Below, in pieces: positions 26,273-32,000 of a DNA stretch of 32,000 nucleotides. The stretch covers positions 960,001-992,000 of the forward strand of contig NZ_CP006867.1 in the NCBI RefSeq assembly GCF_001481685.1, written 5' to 3'. The notes beneath the pieces are model-generated. The model was not told where the DNA came from, did not search any database, and saw only the letters and a list, made by a program, of their open reading frames with translations. Source of the DNA: Ignicoccus islandicus DSM 13165 (GTDB taxonomy: Archaea > Thermoproteota > Thermoprotei_A > Sulfolobales > Ignicoccaceae). The stretch's first letter is position 1; every line of letters begins with the position of its first letter. The position numbers were made by a program, and so were the translations under genes.

Positions 26273-26662
26273 CCCTTTGAACTTTGCAAAGAGCAAGGCA
26301 GCCGAAAGCGCTACGGCGCCAAGATTTAGGATCGGGGAAGAGCTCTTGAATTTAGCTAGCCTGAACCTCTTGTTGCTGAAAGGGTAGAACGGATAGATGC
26401 CGTAAACTGTGAGGGAATCGCCCAATAAGTGAGAAGAATATGCCACTAGAGCGGAGAGGCCGGCGTCGGGACCCATTAGAAAGGCAACGGAAGTTAATAT
26501 CAACATAGCGAAGACGTTATGTAAGCTCTTCCTGTGCCTCAACTTCAAGTCGAAGTCAGGAAGTTTAGAATAAATTACTGAGGTGAGCGTAACCGATGGA
26601 GAAGGGCCTAGTAGGAAAACTGACAGAGAGAAACCTAGAGCTGCGTGAGCGTACCCTAACAC
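26267..26662 (-). CDS. Membrane-bound metal-dependent hydrolase, YdjM/DUF457-like
   Basis: MLGYAHAALGFSL, SKLPDFDLKLRHRKSLHNVFAM, AYSSHLLGDSLTVYGI(YPFYPFS), consistent with the His/Asp pattern of the family. Confidence 0.75.
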   Translation of the reverse strand: MLGYAHAALGFSLSVFLLGPSPSVTLTSVIYSKLPDFDLKLRHRKSLHNVFAMLILTSVAFLMGPDAGLSALVAYSSHLLGDSLTVYGIYPFYPFSNKRFRLAKFKSSSPILNLGAVALSAALLFAKFKGL

Positions 26663-26748
26663 TCGTAAGCCCTGGATAGGACTTCCCTTGAGTATCCAAT
26701 TAAATGCTCTAGATCTCGAACGGATAAACCGCGGAGGGACGAAAGTAA

Positions 26749-27666
26749 GTGAAGGACAGGTTGCTAAGGAGGTTAGCTAGGGAGCTGCTAGGCGACGACG
26801 AGGTTTGGTCTAGGATAGACGTAGTAGGAGACATAGCGTTAATTCACAGGAAATTCAACTACCCTATAGAGAATCTTCGTCTCCTAGCTAATGAGATGCT
26901 TAAGAGAATGAAGGGCGTCAAGGCGGTCTTTGCAATAGAACCTGGAACTGAAGGGAAGTATCGGTTAAGGAGACTCATCCATTTAGCTGGAGAGAACAGA
27001 ACTGCTACAATTTACAAGGAGCACGGTTGCGTTTACAAGGTGGACGTCCAAAAGGCCTTCGTAGTTCCAAGGCTTTCCGGAGAGCACCTTAGGATTGCAG
27101 AGCTAGTTCAACCGTGGGAAACCGTATTTAACATGTTTGCCGGGGTAGGTCCCTTTTCTATACTCATTGCTAAGAGAAAGGGGGCGAAGGTATACTCAGT
27201 AGACGTTAACCCCCTAGCTTACGAATTAATGGTCGAGAACGTAAAGCTTAACGGCGTAGAGGACAAAGTCATTCCAATTCTGGGAGACTCAGCGGACGTT
27301 AGCTACTGGTTAAGGGGAAGCGTTGATAGGGTCCTCATGCCGCTGCCCGAGCTGGCCCCTAGCTACTTGGACTACGCGTTGCTTTCCTTAAGGTATCCGG
27401 GTTGGCTCCACTTGTACTTACACGTACTCGTTAGGTGGGGAGAGAGGCCGAAGTTGAGCGCATTGAGAGTCGGTAGGAGGCTCTTAGAAAGCAAGTGTTC
27501 CTCCTTTGAGATTAGGGGCGTCAGGTTAGTGAGGACTGTGGGGCCTAGAATAGCCCAAGTAGTTGTAGACGCCCTCTTAAATAAGTGCGAGTTCAAACCA
27601 AGGCTGAGGAGCGCTGAAGGCTTCGGACCCCTAAGCCACTTACTTGGAACTCCATGGGATTGGTAA
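26749..27666 (+). CDS. Trm5-like class I tRNA methyltransferase
   Basis: [83 protein letters not shown]...[20 protein letters not shown]. Confidence 0.85.
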   Translation: MKDRLLRRLARELLGDDEVWSRIDVVGDIALIHRKFNYPIENLRLLANEMLKRMKGVKAVFAIEPGTEGKYRLRRLIHLAGENRTATIYKEHGCVYKVDVQKAFVVPRLSGEHLRIAELVQPWETVFNMFAGVGPFSILIAKRKGAKVYSVDVNPLAYELMVENVKLNGVEDKVIPILGDSADVSYWLRGSVDRVLMPLPELAPSYLDYALLSLRYPGWLHLYLHVLVRWGERPKLSALRVGRRLLESKCSSFEIRGVRLVRTVGPRIAQVVVDALLNKCEFKPRLRSAEGFGPLSHLLGTPWDW

Positions 27667-27715
27667 GTCTGGAATTATTTTACGAGCACCTTGAAGTAAT
27701 GGGAGGGGGACGTCC

Positions 27716-28267
27716 TTGAAAGCTCTCATAATAGTCGATATGTTAAACGACTTCGTTAGGAAAGACGGCAAGCTCTACGTGGAAGGGGCTGAGGAAATAA
27801 TAGGAAACATTAAGAGATTGAAGGAGGCGTTCAAGGAAGCTGGCTTGCCAGTAATATATACCAACGATTCCCACCTACCCAACGTCGATAAGGAACTGAA
27901 GCTTTGGGGAGAGCACGCAGTGAGGGGAAGCGAGGGAGCTCAAGTGGTCGAGGAGCTCAAACCGGAGGAAGGCGATTACGTAGTAACCAAGAGGAGGTAC
28001 AGCGCCTTCTTCTCAACTGATTTGGACTTGTTGCTGAGGGAGCTCGGGGTAAGGGAAGTGGTGCTAACTGGAGTAGCCACTAACGTTTGCGTGCTCCATA
28101 CGGCAGCAGACGCGTTCTTCAGGGGCTACGAGGTAACTGTGGTTAGCGATGGAACTATGAGCGTACCTAAGGAGGATCAAGGCAAGTGGTTGGAGTACAT
28201 GAAGACGGTCTATGGTGCTAGAATAGCTTCCTCGGAAGAACTAGTTAAGGAGCTTTCCAGAACTTAA
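27716..28267 (+). CDS. Isochorismatase/nicotinamidase-family cysteine hydrolase
   Basis: ALIIVDMLNDFVRKDGKL, VVTKRRYSAFFSTDLDLLLRELG, VVLTGVATNVCVLHTAADAFFRGYEVTVVSDG. Confidence 0.88.
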   Translation: MKALIIVDMLNDFVRKDGKLYVEGAEEIIGNIKRLKEAFKEAGLPVIYTNDSHLPNVDKELKLWGEHAVRGSEGAQVVEELKPEEGDYVVTKRRYSAFFSTDLDLLLRELGVREVVLTGVATNVCVLHTAADAFFRGYEVTVVSDGTMSVPKEDQGKWLEYMKTVYGARIASSEELVKELSRT

Positions 28268-28796
28268 TAACCTCGTCTATTAGCTTGAAGGAACTGTAAG
28301 TTTCCGTAGGTTGCTCCGTAGCAATCTTTACGGCCACGTCCCATAAGGGCCCCTCGCCGAAGGGCTTCGGAACCTCCCTTAATCCTATTGCATAAGAATA
28401 GGCTGCCAAGTCGCGTGGGAGTATAACGTAAGCTGGGTTACCGGCCTCCTTAGGATGAAGAAATTCGGAAACTTCGCCCAAGTAGAAGGCCTTTAACAAT
28501 AAGTACAAAACCTTCTCAGCGGATAAAGGAGTTAAATCTCCCTTACCTTCAACTAATTTGGGTTCGGGACACGAGCGCCTCTTAGCCCTGCTCTTCAGAG
28601 AGTTGTAAACCAGTATTGCCTCGCGGAAGTTGTATTCGTTCTTAGTTATCGTGATTTCCTCGCATCTGAGGAGGCCTAGAGAGGAGGCTTCTTTGGCTAC
28701 TTTCCTTTCCAACCTCTTTATCAAATGCTTCTTGCAGAGGTATTCCCCGGAGGACTTCTGGTAGTAGAAGGCTTCCCTTCCACAGTAACACTTCAA
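28245..28796 (-). CDS. Shortened TtuA/Ncs6 (2-thiouridine synthase)-like protein lacking the PP-loop motif
   Basis: N-terminal MKCYCGREAFYYQKSSGEYLCKKHLIKRLERKVAKE resembles the TtuA zinc finger; C-terminal YVILPRDLAAYSYAIGLREVPKPF...QPTETYSSFKLIDEVIKF resembles the TtuA C-terminus; no SGGxDS and only 183 aa. Confidence 0.55.
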   Translation of the reverse strand: MKCYCGREAFYYQKSSGEYLCKKHLIKRLERKVAKEASSLGLLRCEEITITKNEYNFREAILVYNSLKSRAKRRSCPEPKLVEGKGDLTPLSAEKVLYLLLKAFYLGEVSEFLHPKEAGNPAYVILPRDLAAYSYAIGLREVPKPFGEGPLWDVAVKIATEQPTETYSSFKLIDEVIKFWKAP

Positions 28797-28865
28797 AAAC
28801 TAAGCCCCTACGCTAGCTAAGGTAAGCGTTATAAAAAGCGAGTTGGATCTGCGAGCGGATAGAAG

Positions 28866-29636
28866 TTGACTCTATTCGAGGTACTATTTGGAATAGCCCT
28901 AATAGTTTCAACGAAGATATACCTAAGCAAGAAAATACTGGAGATCTTAGCTAAGTATTCGCCTTCGGAAGACTTAACCTACATGGGTCAGTGGATTTCA
29001 ACGCTGTTCCTCTATCTCTTCGGAGCTTTAATGGTAGTGAAGGGCTTCGGGTTCTCAATCAGCGACTTACTGGTTGCCGGTGGATTCATTACCCTAGCTA
29101 TATCGTTCGCTGCTCAAACCGTTATATCCAACGCGATTTCGGGTATATTCCTTGTAATGGAAAAACCAATAAGAATAGGTGATTTCGTTTACCTCAAGGA
29201 AGCTGGAATAAGCGGCGCTGTCAAATCGATTTCAATACTCTCAACCACAATAAGGTTATGGAACGGTGAGCTAGCCAGAGTACCAAATTCGAAGTTCTTC
29301 GAAGATGTTATTGTGAATCAGTCCATGCCGATAGTCAGGAGGTTGGAAGTTAAAGTAGGAGTTCCATACGATCTTGAGAAAGTCAAGACTGCCATTGACG
29401 TAATAAAGAGAGCAATGAATAACTCGAAGTACGTATTGAAAGTACCGGAACCGGAGGTCTTCGTAGAGGAATTCGGGGACAGCGCCGTGATAATAAGAGT
29501 GAACGCGTGGGTCCCATCGAAGAAGTGGTACGAATGCTATAAACAAGTTCGATATACGATATATGAGGAACTGGTCAAGGCCGGAGTAGAGGTGCCCTTC
29601 ACAACGATAACCGTTATCATAGACCGAAAATCATAA
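28866..29636 (+). CDS. MscS-family small-conductance mechanosensitive channel
   Basis: ITLAISFAAQTVISNAISGIFLVMEKPIRIGDFVYL...GAVKSISILSTTIRLWNGELARVPNSKF. Confidence 0.9.
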   Translation: MTLFEVLFGIALIVSTKIYLSKKILEILAKYSPSEDLTYMGQWISTLFLYLFGALMVVKGFGFSISDLLVAGGFITLAISFAAQTVISNAISGIFLVMEKPIRIGDFVYLKEAGISGAVKSISILSTTIRLWNGELARVPNSKFFEDVIVNQSMPIVRRLEVKVGVPYDLEKVKTAIDVIKRAMNNSKYVLKVPEPEVFVEEFGDSAVIIRVNAWVPSKKWYECYKQVRYTIYEELVKAGVEVPFTTITVIIDRKS

Positions 29637-30306
29637 CCCACTTGTTAGTTTTCCCGGTAGACGGGCTTTGGATGTAGCCTTCCGGAGGCGAGGCTTGGTC
29701 GTTCCTAACTACCGTTGCTGTGTTGCCTTCTACGAAGACGTTTATGGGCGAGACCCAGACCTTGGAAGTTCCGGGAAAGTAGTAGAGCTTGGGTAGGAAC
29801 GTAGGAAATACTATTCTATTGATGTTAACAGATCTCTCGCTTTCGTTGGCTATTAACACGTTCAATGGAGCTTCCAATAACCAGTTCCACCTGCCTATTC
29901 TAACTTCGTGGTATCTACAAAGCAACCCCCTTTCGGGCTTCCCGTAAAGAGCGTAGTTAACGTCAGTAAGTTCTATTATGTCTATCGGGAAGTTCCTAAC
30001 TCCTTCGGGACCCATATATGGTATGGAAGCTTCGACGTCTATTGGAATTCCAACGTTCACTTGTATAGTTGAGAGGGGGGCTAAGGTTACGTTACGCGAG
30101 AATTTCAAGTACAAGTAGAAAGCGAGCTCTCCCCCGTGCAGTATCGGCCTAAGGTATACTTCGGAATAAGGGCTCAATACCATCTCAAGAGACTCAGTAT
30201 CGTATGTTCTCCTATATATACATAGTGAGGGATTGCACTTGAGCGATACCGTCCACTTGCCTTCCTTTACCTCGTCCTTGTCCCTTATCTTACCGAAGTA
30301 CCTCAA
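29617..30306 (-). CDS. DUF432-like protein (TTG start at 30306)
   Basis: LRYFGKIRDKDEVKEGKW...LSPYSEVYLRPILHGGELAFYLYLKFSRNVTLAPLSTIQVNVGIPIDVEA...; TTG overlaps the upstream stop as TTGA, a more natural start than the listed 30375. Confidence 0.6.
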   Translation of the reverse strand: MRYFGKIRDKDEVKEGKWTVSLKCNPSLCIYRRTYDTESLEMVLSPYSEVYLRPILHGGELAFYLYLKFSRNVTLAPLSTIQVNVGIPIDVEASIPYMGPEGVRNFPIDIIELTDVNYALYGKPERGLLCRYHEVRIGRWNWLLEAPLNVLIANESERSVNINRIVFPTFLPKLYYFPGTSKVWVSPINVFVEGNTATVVRNDQASPPEGYIQSPSTGKTNKWVMIFGL

Positions 30307-31472
30307 AGAACCCTCACCTCTAAGTCGTCGGTAACTTCCAGCTCTCCACTTGGCCTCTCTCCGTGTATTTCCCATCCGCTACTCATTAATTTCAATACAG
30401 TTTCCAGGTCGTCCACTGGCTTAGGTAGGAGCTTGTAATACTTGAACACCTCCTTGAGCCTCCAAGGACCGACCGGGCTATCGCTTCCATGGTAAACTTT
30501 AACGCCCAATTCAATCATGTCCCTAACCCTCATGAATCGCTTCCAATTAGGGCCTAAGATTGACTTGAACTCTTCCACCCCCACGCTCTCCATTATCCCC
30601 GGCTGGACGCTCACCTCTATGCCCTCAGAAGCCAAGTACTCGAGTTGGTCATCCCTAGTTATTGCCGCGTGTTCTATCCTCAGGACCCTCTTCGGCTTAC
30701 CAGCCATTTCGTAGGCCCTTATGACTAAGTCTATTGCTTCATCGCCCATTGCGTGCACTGCTACTCTGAAGCCCTCCTCCTTGCCTCTAATTAGCCATTG
30801 ACTTAGCTCCCTTTCATCTATTAACTTCCTCCCCTTTCCGTTCATCAATGCCGTCCCGTAGATTAGGACCCCGTCCGCGAACAACTTGATGCCAGGAGAA
30901 CCCTTGACGAACGCCTCTTTTCTCATATATGGTATTACGTGAACTTTATGGTTCAAGCTCTTCACTAGCTCCCATTCTAGCCATCTAGAGGTCATGGCGT
31001 GAATTTGGAGGAAGCCGTTGGAATAGAGGTCGTCTAAAACGGCCTTATACGCACCAACCAATTTGCCGATGGGCGGATCCGGCATTTTCCTCCGAACTAA
31101 GAGCATTGCGTCCTCGTACAGCCTTCCCGTGGGAACGCCTTCGACGCACTCTACCCCGCTATAGGAGCAGTCCACTCCAGATATTTCTATTGCCTTACTG
31201 TTAACTACTGCCATGTGTCCGTCCCTGGTCGCAATTGAAACTGGCTTATCGCTTACCTCGTCCAGTAGCTCCTTCGTTATTGCCTTCGCTAACTTGTAGT
31301 GGAGTAAGCTCCCTATCACCCATCCGCCGTACGTTCCGCCCCTTTCGCTCTCCTCGCGAACCTTACTCAGAACGCATTCTACCGTTGAACACTCCTTCAA
31401 ATTGAGCTCTAAGAGGGACCTAGCAGTCCAAGAAAGGTGGAAGTGAGTGTCAACGAAGGGTCGAACCCTCAA
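30303..31472 (-). CDS. Amidohydrolase family 3 (YtcJ-like) metal-dependent hydrolase
   Basis: FVDTHFHLSW, IKLFADGVLIYGTALM, RVAVHAMGDEAIDLVIRAYE, LRIEHAAITRDDQLEYLASEGIEVSVQPG, VYHGSDSPVGPW. Confidence 0.85.
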   Translation of the reverse strand: MRVRPFVDTHFHLSWTARSLLELNLKECSTVECVLSKVREESERGGTYGGWVIGSLLHYKLAKAITKELLDEVSDKPVSIATRDGHMAVVNSKAIEISGVDCSYSGVECVEGVPTGRLYEDAMLLVRRKMPDPPIGKLVGAYKAVLDDLYSNGFLQIHAMTSRWLEWELVKSLNHKVHVIPYMRKEAFVKGSPGIKLFADGVLIYGTALMNGKGRKLIDERELSQWLIRGKEEGFRVAVHAMGDEAIDLVIRAYEMAGKPKRVLRIEHAAITRDDQLEYLASEGIEVSVQPGIMESVGVEEFKSILGPNWKRFMRVRDMIELGVKVYHGSDSPVGPWRLKEVFKYYKLLPKPVDDLETVLKLMSSGWEIHGERPSGELEVTDDLEVRVL

Positions 31473-32000
31473 TAGGTCAATCCTCCTGGTACGTCTATTA
31501 CTGATCGCGAGAACGGGGAGTTAAGCGCTTCGCTTAGGTCCCTTTCCTTCGAAACTAGCGAAGCGAAGACGTTTTGAGGTAAGGAGTTGATGGCCTCTAG
31601 ACCCTCGCTTAAGCTATCCCTCCCAGCGACTTCTATTTTAACGTGCTTACCCCTGAAGACGTTCTTAGAATAGGCTACTAATGGATGGAGAATTATGGTT
31701 CCGCCCTCCTTTATGCACATAGTGGCCGTATCAATGGCCATTTCCTCCAGTACCGAAACTACCACGGCTTCCCATTCTTGGGTACATGCCGACGCCTTCG
31801 TGGGGAAGTAATAGGCCGGTACGTTCGGTTCTTGACTCCATGCAAGTATTGGGACTTCCCATCCGCTTAGGTAAGAAACCAGAACGTTGGTTAAGCCGGA
31901 GCCTATTAGTAATGCCTTCTTTCCTTCTATTCTCTTTTTGATCCATGAGGCTATTGCGCCCGTTCCAGCTAAGGCTAACTTTAGAGGGTTCCCCGGAGGT
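31469..32000 (-). CDS. Protein of unknown function, running off the right edge (3' end at 31469)
   Basis: The frame is open past the listed ORF start (31765): ...PLKLALAGTGAIASWIKKRIEGKKALLIGSGLTNVLVSYLSGWEVPILAWSQEPNVPAYYFPTKASACTQEWEAVVVSVLEEMAIDTATMCIKEGGTIILHPL... Confidence 0.65.
   Translation of the reverse strand, partial: PPGNPLKLALAGTGAIASWIKKRIEGKKALLIGSGLTNVLVSYLSGWEVPILAWSQEPNVPAYYFPTKASACTQEWEAVVVSVLEEMAIDTATMCIKEGGTIILHPLVAYSKNVFRGKHVKIEVAGRDSLSEGLEAINSLPQNVFASLVSKERDLSEALNSPFSRSVIDVPGGLTY

Noticed and set aside
31731-31946. 71-aa minus-strand ORF at the right edge
   Set aside because: Another minus-strand frame is open through the same region and continues into the 31469..31765 ORF with plausible protein composition.

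Overview
This 32 kb window is densely packed with genes and reads as a crenarchaeal (Desulfurococcales-like, probably Ignicoccus-like) hyperthermophile chromosome. That placement is inferred from gene content and was not tested. Recognisable housekeeping genes are thi4, flpA, a circularly permuted GTPase, dys, the ribosomal stalk protein P1/L12, a homocitrate/isopropylmalate synthase with a C-terminal RAM/AsnC-like domain, a NagD-type HAD phosphatase, thiC, the rpoE'-spt4-GTP-dependent dephospho-CoA kinase cluster, mobB, a Trm5-like methyltransferase, an isochorismatase/nicotinamidase-like hydrolase, an MscS channel, a DUF432-like protein and an amidohydrolase. I saw no CRISPR array, no transposon and no convincing tRNA or rRNA gene. 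The most interesting items are: (1) a continuous reading frame joining a CinA/MoaB-type domain to the N-terminus of TrpC at the left edge; (2) an orphan 1388-aa P-loop NTPase with wHTH-like and coiled-coil regions, divergent from two small unknown genes; (3) a Tat-signal, two-CxxCH split-Soret/C_GCAxxG-like cytochrome next to a b-type membrane cytochrome; (4) a shortened TtuA/Ncs6-like protein with no PP-loop motif; (5) an 817-aa orphan multidomain protein; (6) several intergenic structured-RNA candidates (GC-rich blocks at 15282-15344 and 25405-25600, and a C/D-box-like element at about 5896-5963); (7) a Thr/Val-repeat stalked surface protein; and (8) an unannotated 50-aa zinc-ribbon-like microprotein.
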